A stretch of 41,404 bases of DNA from Candidatus Lambdaproteobacteria bacterium (GCA_016199125.1 JACQHH010000181.1:1-41404), one strand, 5' to 3'. Numbered from the stretch's first letter, positions 31,835 through 39,607 are shown. The notes: generated by a model from the sequence alone, not told the origin. Numbers and translations are program-made.

Positions 31835-32623
31835 ATGGATAATCTTTTGGATCTGAAAGGCCGCATCGGGCTGGTCACCGGCGCCGGCCAGGGCGTGGGG
31901 CGCCAGATCGCCCTGCACTTCGCCGCGCACCGCGCGGGCGGCGTGGTGGTCAACGACTTCTACCGCGAGCGCGCCGAAGCCGTGGTGCGCGAGGTGCAGG
32001 CCGCCGGCGTCAAGGCGCTGGCGGTGGTGGGCGACATTTCCGATTACCAGGCCGTGCAGCAGATGGCGCGGCAGGCCGAGCAGACCTTCGGGCGCGTGGA
32101 CATCCTGGTCAACAACGCGGGCAATGCCGGCCCGGTCACCGACATTTCCAGCATCCCGCCCTTCCTGGAAAGCGACCCGGCATCCTGGCAGACCTGGTTC
32201 GGCACGAACCTCTTCGGCGTGCTCAACCTGTCGCGGGCGCTGGTGGGGGGCATGGTGCAGCGGGGCTACGGGCGGGTGATCACCGTCATTTCCGATGCCG
32301 GGCGCGTGGGCGAGCCGCACCTGGCGGTGTACTCGGCCGCCAAGGCGGGTGCCGCCGGGTTCATGCGGGCCCTGGCCAAGGGCGTGGGCCGCGCCAACGT
32401 CACGGTCAACTGCGTGGCGCCCGGCACCATCCAGACCCCCGCCACGGCCGGCCTGCTGGAGGATCAGGAAACCCTGAGGAAGATCCTGCGCCTGTACATG
32501 ATCCGCCGCCTGGGCGAGCCCAGCGACATCGCCAACATGGTGCTGTTCCTGGCCTCCGACGCGGCCGGCTGGGTCACCGGACAGACGTTTCCCGTCAACG
32601 GCGGCTATTCGGTGTCGGTCTAG
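31835..32623 (+). CDS. Short-chain dehydrogenase/reductase (hydroxyacyl-CoA dehydrogenase-like, BadH/FabG-related)
   Basis: TGAGQGVG, VVND (acidic residue suggests NAD), NNAG, ISDAGR, YSAAK. GGAGG RBS. Confidence 0.92.
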   Translation: MDNLLDLKGRIGLVTGAGQGVGRQIALHFAAHRAGGVVVNDFYRERAEAVVREVQAAGVKALAVVGDISDYQAVQQMARQAEQTFGRVDILVNNAGNAGPVTDISSIPPFLESDPASWQTWFGTNLFGVLNLSRALVGGMVQRGYGRVITVISDAGRVGEPHLAVYSAAKAGAAGFMRALAKGVGRANVTVNCVAPGTIQTPATAGLLEDQETLRKILRLYMIRRLGEPSDIANMVLFLASDAAGWVTGQTFPVNGGYSVSV

Positions 32624-32634
32624 GCCGCGGGCCT

Positions 32635-33822
32635 CTACTTCTGACCTGCCGCCGCCGCGCGCGGCGCCTCGCCGAAGGCGGACAGGCCCCCCAGCAGATT
32701 GCGCGCGATGACCAGCTTCTGGATCTGGCTCGTGCCGTCCGGGATGGTCATCATGCGCGCGTCGCGGAACAGGCCCTCCAGCGGATATTCCTGGCTCAGC
32801 CCGTAGGCCCCGTGAATCTGGATGGCGCGCGAGGTGATGCGCACGGCGGCCTCGGTGGCGTAGTACTTGGCCATGGAGGTCTGCGTGTCGCAGCGCGCGC
32901 CCTTGTCCACCAGCGACATGGCGCGGTAGGTCAGCAGGCGCGCGCAGTCCAGCTCGGTGGCCATGTCGGCGATCATGTCCTGGATGAGCTGGTGCTGCCC
33001 GATGCGCTTGCCCCACTGCTCCCGCTCCTGGGCATAGGCCAGGGAATGATCCAGCGCCGACTGCGCGATGCCCACCGAGGTGATGGCCACGAAGCAGCGC
33101 GCCCACTCGAACAGTTGCAGCGTGCGCTTGAGCCCCGTGCCCCATGCGCCCACCTGGGCCGAGGCCGGCACGCGGGCGTTGTCGAAGAACACCTCGGCCG
33201 TGGACCAGGCGTTGAGCCCCAGCTTGTGCAGCTCCCGCGTGGTGTAGCCGTGCGGCTCGCGGTCCACCACGAAGCGGTTCAGCCCCTTGGCCGCATCCTC
33301 GTGCCGCACCACGACGATGCACGCGTCCGAGATGCCGCCATTGGAGATCCAGTTCTTCTGCCCGTTGATCACGTAGCCGTCGCCCGCCGGCGTGGCCTTG
33401 GTGCTGACGTTGCGCACGTTGGAGCCCACGTTGGGCTCGGTGATCGCCGAGCAGCCGATCAGGTCGCCCGACATCAGCCCGGGCAGGTAGCGCGCGCGTT
33501 GCTCCGGCGTGCCGTCGTGATACAGCGTGAGCAGGAAGCCCTCGTTGATGAACGCCGTGCCCGCCAGCCCCGGAAACACGCGGAACAACTGCTCGTACAG
33601 CAGCCCCGAGGTCAGCACGGGCAGGCCCATGCCCCCGTCCCGTTCCGGAATGCTGCCTACGATGTAGCCGAAGGGGACGATCTTGCGCAGCAGCTCGTGC
33701 ATCACGGGCTTGGGCACGACGGTGTCGCGGTATTGTTCGGCATAGGGACGAATGTCCTGCTCCAGGAAGCGCCGGGCCGCATCGACGGCCAAGCGCTGCT
33801 CTTCGCTCAAGTCGAAATCCAC
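32635..33822 (-). CDS. Acyl-CoA dehydrogenase family protein
   Basis: DFDLSEEQ, AITEPNVGSN, INGQKNWISNG, KLG, REQWGKRIG, AIQIHGAYG, RDAR..TIPDGT. GTG start with GGAG RBS. Confidence 0.92.
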   Translation of the reverse strand: MDFDLSEEQRLAVDAARRFLEQDIRPYAEQYRDTVVPKPVMHELLRKIVPFGYIVGSIPERDGGMGLPVLTSGLLYEQLFRVFPGLAGTAFINEGFLLTLYHDGTPEQRARYLPGLMSGDLIGCSAITEPNVGSNVRNVSTKATPAGDGYVINGQKNWISNGGISDACIVVVRHEDAAKGLNRFVVDREPHGYTTRELHKLGLNAWSTAEVFFDNARVPASAQVGAWGTGLKRTLQLFEWARCFVAITSVGIAQSALDHSLAYAQEREQWGKRIGQHQLIQDMIADMATELDCARLLTYRAMSLVDKGARCDTQTSMAKYYATEAAVRITSRAIQIHGAYGLSQEYPLEGLFRDARMMTIPDGTSQIQKLVIARNLLGGLSAFGEAPRAAAAGQK

Positions 33823-33952
33823 GGTCTTTCTCCACGCTGAGATGGAAGGTTCGGGTGCCTGGTGCGGCGGATGCCCCACGCGGGGGGCGTGCGCGGTCCG
33901 GGCCTGAAGCCCAGGCATTGTACGAGGGTGCGCCAGGCGCGGATGTGCCTTA

Positions 33953-33993
33953 TGTCACTATTCCGGTGTCACTGTTCCAGTGTCACGTTCCGG
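33953..33993. repeat. Three tandem ~14-bp direct repeats
   Basis: TGTCACTATTCCGG / TGTCACTGTTCCAG / TGTCAC-GTTCCGG. Confidence 0.7.
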
Positions 33994-34064
33994 CCCGCGC
34001 CGTTCCGGTCAGCGCCGGGCATCCCGGCAGGGCCGTGGTCGCCGCGACCCACTTGCGCCCGGAG

Positions 34065-34106
34065 ATGATGTTTGTCATAGGAGAGCCGGCCACGAATCGC
34101 TAGTCT
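34065..34106 (+). promoter_or_regulatory. Crp/Fnr-type box plus -10 element for the DUF2249 gene
   Basis: ATGAT-GTTT-GTCAT (34065-34078), 22-bp gap, TAGTCT (34101-34106). Confidence 0.6.
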
Positions 34107-34252
34107 GAGCGAACCCAGGCGCAACCCGGACGTGGCGCGGCGCCGTTGCGCCGCCCCGCCGCTTGCGCCGAGCTGGGCCCCGGCGCCGGCCCGCCGCATG
34201 GCGCGGACCCCCGGCGCCCGCCACTTCCGCCGTCCCCACCCGTGGGCCGCCC

Positions 34253-34525
34253 ATGATCGCGTTCGAGCAGATCGATCCCTTCGTGAAGTTCTGGCAGGAA
34301 GACCGCACCTATCACCTGGACGTGCGCGAGCTGCTGGACAACGGCGGCGAGCCCTACGAGGTGATCATGTCCTGCGTGCTGCAGATCGACGCGGACGATC
34401 GGCTGGTGCTGCACGCCCCCTTCGAGCCCAAACCCCTCATCCGCCAGTTGCGCGGCATGGGCCTGCAGGCCCACAGCGCGCGGGTGGACGTGGATCATTG
34501 GACATTGGCCGTCAGTCGCGACTAG
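34253..34525 (+). CDS. DUF2249-domain (TusA/SirA-like fold) protein
   Basis: 'LDVRELLDNGGEPYEVIM...L.LHAPFEPKPL...L..MG......W' matches the DUF2249 pattern. Confidence 0.8.
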   Translation: MIAFEQIDPFVKFWQEDRTYHLDVRELLDNGGEPYEVIMSCVLQIDADDRLVLHAPFEPKPLIRQLRGMGLQAHSARVDVDHWTLAVSRD

Positions 34526-34695
34526 GCATTGTGTTGGAATGGCGGATCGCGTGAATCCGGCCGCGTTTGTCATTCCGAGGCCCGCAGTTTGGGCCGAGGA
34601 ATCTCATTGCTATAGCACGATGAGATTCCTCGCTGTGCTCGGAATGACAACAGGCGGGTAATTTTGAAGTTGCCATCGCATTGCCGAACAGAACC
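34525..34695. mobile_element. MITE-like element (TIR family A) carrying a GTCATTCCG-type REP hairpin
   Basis: CTA|GGCATTGTGTTGGAA ... TTGCCGAACAGAACC|TAG. Both flanking CTAGs are stop codons of convergent genes. Internal perfect 13-bp inverted repeat TTGTCATTCCGAG/CTCGGAATGACAA (34567-34650). Confidence 0.65.
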
Positions 34696-35084
34696 TAGTC
34701 CCGCGTCCAAAGCAGGGCGCGCAGCCTGGGGTGGCGCAGCGCCAGCCCGACCCACAACAGCGCCGCCACGTAGCACGGAAACAGCGTGTGGCTGAACAGC
34801 GGGCTGCCGATGCGCACGTGCGTGGCCACCGCACCCCCGAGATAGCCCGTCAGCCAGATCGAGCCGTAGAGCGCCGTCCACGGGATGACATAGAGCACCA
34901 GGCCCGCCAGCAGGAGTGCGCCGATGACCGGCACCGCGCCGGGCGGATAGCCGAGCTGGACGGTCCACTGGACGACGGCTTCCATGCGCAGCGCATGGGT
35001 CACTCCGTCGAAGAGGAGAAAAGCCACCGCGAGGCCGCTGAGCACGCGGCCGCTCCAGAGCTGTTTTCGTGTCACCTGATTCAT
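34695..35084 (-). CDS. DoxX-family membrane protein
   Basis: Four TM segments, 'LGYP', 'LYVIP.T...G...LTGYLGGAVATHVR'. GGAGG RBS before ATG 35084. Confidence 0.85.
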   Translation of the reverse strand: MNQVTRKQLWSGRVLSGLAVAFLLFDGVTHALRMEAVVQWTVQLGYPPGAVPVIGALLLAGLVLYVIPWTALYGSIWLTGYLGGAVATHVRIGSPLFSHTLFPCYVAALLWVGLALRHPRLRALLWTRD

Positions 35085-35230
35085 TGGCGTCGACCTCCCG
35101 TCCAGTCGGTTGGGCTGCGTGATGCGCTTGAACATCCCGTGGGTGCCGCGGGCGTCGCCCGGGATGCCGCAGGTCCATCCCCTTGCCGCCCGATGCGGCA
35201 AGGCCCGCGAATCCGCGCGCCACGGCGGGA

Positions 35231-35998
35231 TCAGGGTGAAGAGTCCTGGGACATCAGCTCCCGCAGCGCGTCCAGGTCGGGAATGAGAAATCCCTCCGGC
35301 GCCGAGTGCACCACGTTGTCCTTGTTCCAGCGGCTCATGATGCGGATCACGGTTTCCACCCGGGCGCCCACCATGCCGGCCACTTCGTTGCGGCTCAGGT
35401 GCACCGGCACCAGCACCCCGCCGTCCTGCTCCCGCCCCATCTCCCGCGCGTAGGTGAGCAGCAACTGGGCGATGCGCGACTGCACGCCGGCCTCCCCCAG
35501 CACCTCCAGCCGATGCCGCAGCGAGCGCACGCGCAGGTTGAGGTCGCGGATGATGGAGCGCGAAACCTCGGGAAAGCGCTCCAGCAGCTCCAGGTACTCC
35601 TTGCGCGCCAGCAGCATCACGCCGGCGTCCGTGCGGGCCACGGCATTGGCCGGGAAATCGTCGCCATTGATCAGCGCCACTTCGCCGAACGCTTCGCCGG
35701 GGCGGATGATGTCCATGATCATCTCACGCCCGGATTCCAGCGCCTTGAACACGGTCACCTCGCCCCTGAGCACGAAATAGAAATGCGTGCACGGATCGCC
35801 CTCGAAGAAGATCGCCTCGCCCTTGCGGTATTCGCGCAGGCTGCTCTGCTGGTGCAGCAGGGCGCGTGCCTTCTCGGAAATCCCTGAAAAGCGGGCGATT
35901 TTCTGGATGATGGCGGGGTCGATCAAGAGCGATCCTGATGCGGGGGCGGTCCCGGGCGCGGCGGGCGCTGGCGCAGGCGCCGTCCTACCCGCTACCAT
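35231..35998 (-). CDS. Crp/Fnr family transcriptional regulator (no FNR Cys cluster; DNR/NnrR/HcpR-like)
   Basis: cNMP-binding domain (IFFEGD, GEV, GEAFGEVA) and HTH 'SRNEVAGMVGARVETVIR'. Only one Cys. The true start may lie downstream of 35998. Confidence 0.9.
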   Translation of the reverse strand: MVAGRTAPAPAPAAPGTAPASGSLLIDPAIIQKIARFSGISEKARALLHQQSSLREYRKGEAIFFEGDPCTHFYFVLRGEVTVFKALESGREMIMDIIRPGEAFGEVALINGDDFPANAVARTDAGVMLLARKEYLELLERFPEVSRSIIRDLNLRVRSLRHRLEVLGEAGVQSRIAQLLLTYAREMGREQDGGVLVPVHLSRNEVAGMVGARVETVIRIMSRWNKDNVVHSAPEGFLIPDLDALRELMSQDSSP

Positions 35999-36040
35999 AT
36001 GACCGATGTCATAGTCGCGGCAACATGGCTATGGCAGAAT
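35999..36040 (+). promoter_or_regulatory. Crp/Fnr-type box plus extended -10 for the cytochrome b/Fe-S gene
   Basis: ATGAC-CGAT-GTCAT (35999-36012), 22-bp gap, TGG-CAGAAT (hexamer 36035-36040). Confidence 0.65.
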
Positions 36041-36112
36041 AGAATACCGATCAGAATTCAAATCCGCTGCCCCTGCCCGGGAGCCGCCTTCGCTTGAGCA
36101 CGGAGTTTCGTC

Positions 36113-37714
36113 TTGCAGACGCCCCACACCTATTTCCCCACACGCCCGCCGGCCGCACGGCTGGTGGAGCGGATTTTCAATCCGCTGGACACGCTGTGCA
36201 ACCGTCTCTACGGCTCGCGCTACAATCCGCTCTACCAGAGCGGCACCATCGCCGTGCTGAGCCTGCTGGTGCTGCTGGTGACGGGGCTCTACCTGCTGTG
36301 GTTCTACAAGATCGGAGCCCCCTACGAGTCCGTGACCAACATCGAAGCGCAGTGGTGGGGCGGCCGTTTGATCCGCGCGGTGCACGTGTATGCCGGTGAC
36401 GTCATGATGGTCGCCGTGGCGGTGCACGCGCTGCGCATGGCCCTGCGCGGGCGCACCTGGGGACCGCGGGTGCTGGCCTGGATCAGCGGCGTGGTGCTGG
36501 TGTCCATCGTCATGATGAGCAGCATCACGGGCATGGTGCTGGTGTGGGATGTGCAGGGCCAGTTGCTGGCCATCGAGGGCGCGCGCATGGCGGACACGCT
36601 GCCCATCTTCTCCGAGCCCATCCAGCGCACGTTCATCAGCAGCCAGGGGGTGCCGGCCTCGTTCTTCTTCCTCAACCTGATCCTGCACATGGTGTTTCCC
36701 TTCGCCATCCTGATCGGGCTGTGGGTGCACACGCTGCGCGTGTCGCGGCCGGCGCTGCTGCCGCCGCGCAAGCTGTCGGCGTGGCTGCTGGTGGCCCTGT
36801 TGGGGGTGTCGCTGGCCTATCCGGCGGGCATGCTGCCGCCTGCGGACTACCTGACCATCCTGGGCCGGGTGCCCGTGGACTGGATCAACACGTTCTGGCT
36901 GCTCGTCTCGCGCAACGTGCCGCCGCCGGTGACGCTGCTCAGCGGGCTGGCGCTGTTCCTGTTCCTGGTGAGCGTGCCCTGGTGGTGGAAGCCGCGCCTG
37001 GCGGCGCACCCGGAGCCCGCGCGGGCCAACCCCAACCTGTGTACGGGCTGCACCCAGTGCTACAAGGACTGCCCCTACGGGGCCATCAGCATGGTGCCGG
37101 CGCCGCCCAGCAACCATGCCACGGACATCGTGGCGCTGATCAATCCGGCGCTGTGCGTGAGCTGCGGCATCTGCGCCGGGTCCTGCGGCCCCATGGTCGT
37201 GGGTCCGCCGGGGCGCGTGGGGCGCGACCACCTGCTGGCGGCCCAGCGCCTGATGACCGCCGCGGCCCCCGGCGCCGAGGACATCGTGCTCATGGCCTGC
37301 GAGCAGGGGCTGGGGCTGGAGCCGGTGCTGGCCGGGCTGCCGCACGTGACCGTGCACCGCCTGCACTGCGCCGCCGCCGTGCACACCTCGGCCATGGAAT
37401 ACCTGCTGCGGCGCGGCTGCGGCGGGGTGTACGTGCTGGCCTGTCCGGAGCGCGACTGCGCCTATCGCGAAGGCCCCAGGTGGCTCCGTGAGCGGCTCTA
37501 CGAGGACCGCGAGGCCGAGCTGCAGCCGCGCGTGGACAAGCGCCGCGTGAAGATGGGCGGTTTCGGCCCGGCCGACCTGCCCCAGGCCCTGGCCGACATC
37601 GGCGCGTTCCAGGCGGACATCGCCGCCCTGGCCCACGAGGCCCGTGACGAAGGGGACGTGCAGCTCGAACCCGATTGCGAGCCCATGCCGCTGGCGGAGG
37701 TGGCCCATGGTTAG
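36113..37714 (+). CDS. Fusion protein: di-heme cytochrome b/b6 domain + 2x[4Fe-4S] ferredoxin + MvhD/FlpD-like [2Fe-2S] domain
   Basis: Heme His pairs RAVHVY..AVHALR and ILHMV..WVHTLR; 'LVTGLYL..FY..GAPYESV'; CTGCTQCYKDCP; CVSCGICAGSCG; MAC..LHCAAAV..ACPERDCAYREG. TTG start with GGAG RBS. Confidence 0.88.
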   Translation: MQTPHTYFPTRPPAARLVERIFNPLDTLCNRLYGSRYNPLYQSGTIAVLSLLVLLVTGLYLLWFYKIGAPYESVTNIEAQWWGGRLIRAVHVYAGDVMMVAVAVHALRMALRGRTWGPRVLAWISGVVLVSIVMMSSITGMVLVWDVQGQLLAIEGARMADTLPIFSEPIQRTFISSQGVPASFFFLNLILHMVFPFAILIGLWVHTLRVSRPALLPPRKLSAWLLVALLGVSLAYPAGMLPPADYLTILGRVPVDWINTFWLLVSRNVPPPVTLLSGLALFLFLVSVPWWWKPRLAAHPEPARANPNLCTGCTQCYKDCPYGAISMVPAPPSNHATDIVALINPALCVSCGICAGSCGPMVVGPPGRVGRDHLLAAQRLMTAAAPGAEDIVLMACEQGLGLEPVLAGLPHVTVHRLHCAAAVHTSAMEYLLRRGCGGVYVLACPERDCAYREGPRWLRERLYEDREAELQPRVDKRRVKMGGFGPADLPQALADIGAFQADIAALAHEARDEGDVQLEPDCEPMPLAEVAHG

Positions 37715-38339
37715 GCGCGCGGGACTGTGGGTGCTGCGCTTCGCGGTGCCCGTGCTGGCGCTGCTGGCGCTGGTCTGGGTGGCGCGGCTGCCCATGGGCA
37801 GCGATCCGCGGGATGGCCTGCTGCGCCTGGCCTGGCGCACCGTGGGCGCGCGCATCAAGGTGTGCCGCGACTACACGCCCGCAGAGCTGCAACGCGTTCC
37901 CGCGCACATGCGCGCCCAGCGCATCTGCGCGCAATCGCTGCTGCCCTATCGCGTGCGCGCCAGCGTGGACGGCGTGCCCGTGGTGGATCAGCTCGTGCAA
38001 CCGGCCGGCGTGCGCGGCGACAGGCCGCTGTTCGTGCATCGCGACCTGACCCTGGCGCCGGGCACCCATCGGCTGGCGTTGCACTGGGACCCGGAGCCGG
38101 CCGAGGGCATCGAGGACGCCGCCTTGCGCGACGCCACCCGCGACGCCACCGCCGACGCGTCCCGCTACGCCCTGGAGCGCGAGGTGCGCATCGCCGCGGG
38201 GCGCATCGTCATGATCGAGCTGGACGAAGCGGCGCGCGGATTCCGCGTGATCGGCGAGGGCCAGACCGCCTCCCGCGGCAACCAGGCTCTGTCCGGGAAA
38301 GACGAATCGTCGATTCTTCGGGCCCTGGTGTCATTCTGA
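37707..38339 (+). CDS. Hypothetical N-terminally anchored exported protein, translationally coupled to the cytochrome b/Fe-S fusion
   Basis: GGAGG RBS and 8-bp overlap with the upstream gene. One TM, then 'LRLAWR...C...PAHMR..C..', beta-rich 'LAPGTHRL'. The last 18 codons lie inside a MITE. Confidence 0.75.
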   Translation: MVRRAGLWVLRFAVPVLALLALVWVARLPMGSDPRDGLLRLAWRTVGARIKVCRDYTPAELQRVPAHMRAQRICAQSLLPYRVRASVDGVPVVDQLVQPAGVRGDRPLFVHRDLTLAPGTHRLALHWDPEPAEGIEDAALRDATRDATADASRYALEREVRIAAGRIVMIELDEAARGFRVIGEGQTASRGNQALSGKDESSILRALVSF

Positions 38340-38457
38340 GGCCCGCCCCGCGGGCCGAAGCATCTGTCGATCGCAGGCACATTGGATTCCCCGCTGTGCC
38401 CGGAATGACATCCCTTCGCCGGCGTTCGGAACTTCCCCCGCATTCCCAGACACAGCC
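38285..38457. mobile_element. MITE-like element (TIR family A) carrying a GTCATTC-type REP hairpin, overlapping a CDS end
   Basis: GGCTCTGTCCGGGAA ... TTCCCAGACACAGCC (13/15 inverted match). Internal TGTCATTCTGAGGCCCGC..GGGCCGA..CGGAATGACA (38329-38410) resembles 34567-34650. Confidence 0.7.
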
Positions 38458-38518
38458 GGGCCCCCCAGGGGGAGCCGGGCAGCCTTGCCCGGCGTGGGCT
38501 GCATCCTGACCCCCCCAA

Positions 38519-38681
38519 GGTTCTATCCGGGAATGGTTGCCGTACCCTTCGAGACGCCGCGCCTGGCGCGGCTCCTCGGGGATACGGCTTTGAAATCACG
38601 AGTGAAACTGAACACCGCGTGGCTGAGGAGAGCCCGCAGGGCGCGTCTCGAAGCCCGCATTTCACATTCTCGGACAGAGCT
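38519..38681. mobile_element. MITE-like element (TIR family A), near-identical sister of 30310-30469
   Basis: GGTTCTATCCGGGAA ... TTCTCGGACAGAGCT|TA (11/15). The right end coincides with the TAA stop of the Sco gene. 111/116 core identity with the 30334 copy. Confidence 0.8.
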
Positions 38682-39607
38682 TAGCTGCCGGCGCCGTCCG
38701 CGCGGCGCACCGCCTCCACGATCCAGGAGACTGGCGGATTGTTGAGCGCGTAGACGATCCGCAGGTCGCGGTCCAGCACGAAGACCAGCGGCACGTGGTC
38801 GATGACGCCCGTCCGCTCGTCTCGCCGACGCGCCACGCCGAACTGGTCCAGCACGCGGTTCACCCGCTCCACGTCTCCCGAAAGCATGAGCGTGCGCTCC
38901 GGCAGCTCCCAGTTCCGGCGCAGACCTTCCAACGCCGAGGGCGTGTCGCGCCAGGGATCCATGGTGATCACCACCAGCGCCGGGTTGACCGTGGCGGCCA
39001 GCTCCTTGGCACTGCGCGCCACCGTGCGCAGCACCAGCGGGCACACCGTTTCGCAGTGCCCGAAGCCGAAGGAGACGATCGCCGGGCGCCCGCGCAGGTG
39101 CGCCAGGGACAGCTTGGCCCCGTGCTGATCCACCAGCACAAAGTCCGGGGCCGGACGCTCCAACCGGGGATATCCCGCCGGCAGGGGCGCGATGGACTGG
39201 TTCACCTGCGGACCGCCGGCGCCCAACAGTCCCTGCCCCAGGCGCATGGCCACCCAGCCCGTTTCCAGCACCAGGGCCAGGGCCACCAGCCACATCAGCC
39301 CCATGCCCAGCGGCCGGCGGCCCAGTGCCCGCAGCCCGGCCAGCAGCTCCTGGGTCCAGCCCAGCCACAGCAGCGCCAGCATGCCCAGCGGGCCGGCGAT
39401 CAGCGCGCCCCATCCGTATGGCGCGGGCAGGCCATTGGCCTGGGTGCCGAAGCACACGCTCTGCAGCCGGGCCAGCCACACCGGCGCGGTACCTCCCTGC
39501 GGGGCGAAGGCCAGCCCCCACCAGCTCATGGTCGCGGCCAGCCACAACAGCAGCATCAGCAGCGACAGGTTCGCCCCTGGTGAACTTTTGGCCAAACTAG
39601 CGTTCAA
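38681..39607 (-). CDS. sco: Sco/SenC copper chaperone with an N-terminal multi-TM extension
   Basis: PDFVLVDQHG, FGFGHCETVCP (CxxxC), ITMDPWRDTP, IDH. About three N-terminal TM helices with 'VCFGT..NGLP'. Start approximate. Confidence 0.88.
   Translation of the reverse strand: MNASLAKSSPGANLSLLMLLLWLAATMSWWGLAFAPQGGTAPVWLARLQSVCFGTQANGLPAPYGWGALIAGPLGMLALLWLGWTQELLAGLRALGRRPLGMGLMWLVALALVLETGWVAMRLGQGLLGAGGPQVNQSIAPLPAGYPRLERPAPDFVLVDQHGAKLSLAHLRGRPAIVSFGFGHCETVCPLVLRTVARSAKELAATVNPALVVITMDPWRDTPSALEGLRRNWELPERTLMLSGDVERVNRVLDQFGVARRRDERTGVIDHVPLVFVLDRDLRIVYALNNPPVSWIVEAVRRADGAGS

Noticed and set aside
33953-33993. CRISPR array
   Set aside because: Repeats are 14 bp and contiguous, with no spacers and no cas genes. 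No CRISPR array was seen anywhere in the window.
36113-37714. Annotation as a bc1 complex cytochrome b (petB) or as a hydrogenase subunit
   Set aside because: No Rieske, cytochrome c1 or hydrogenase genes are adjacent, PEWY is not conserved, and the domain fusion fits neither.
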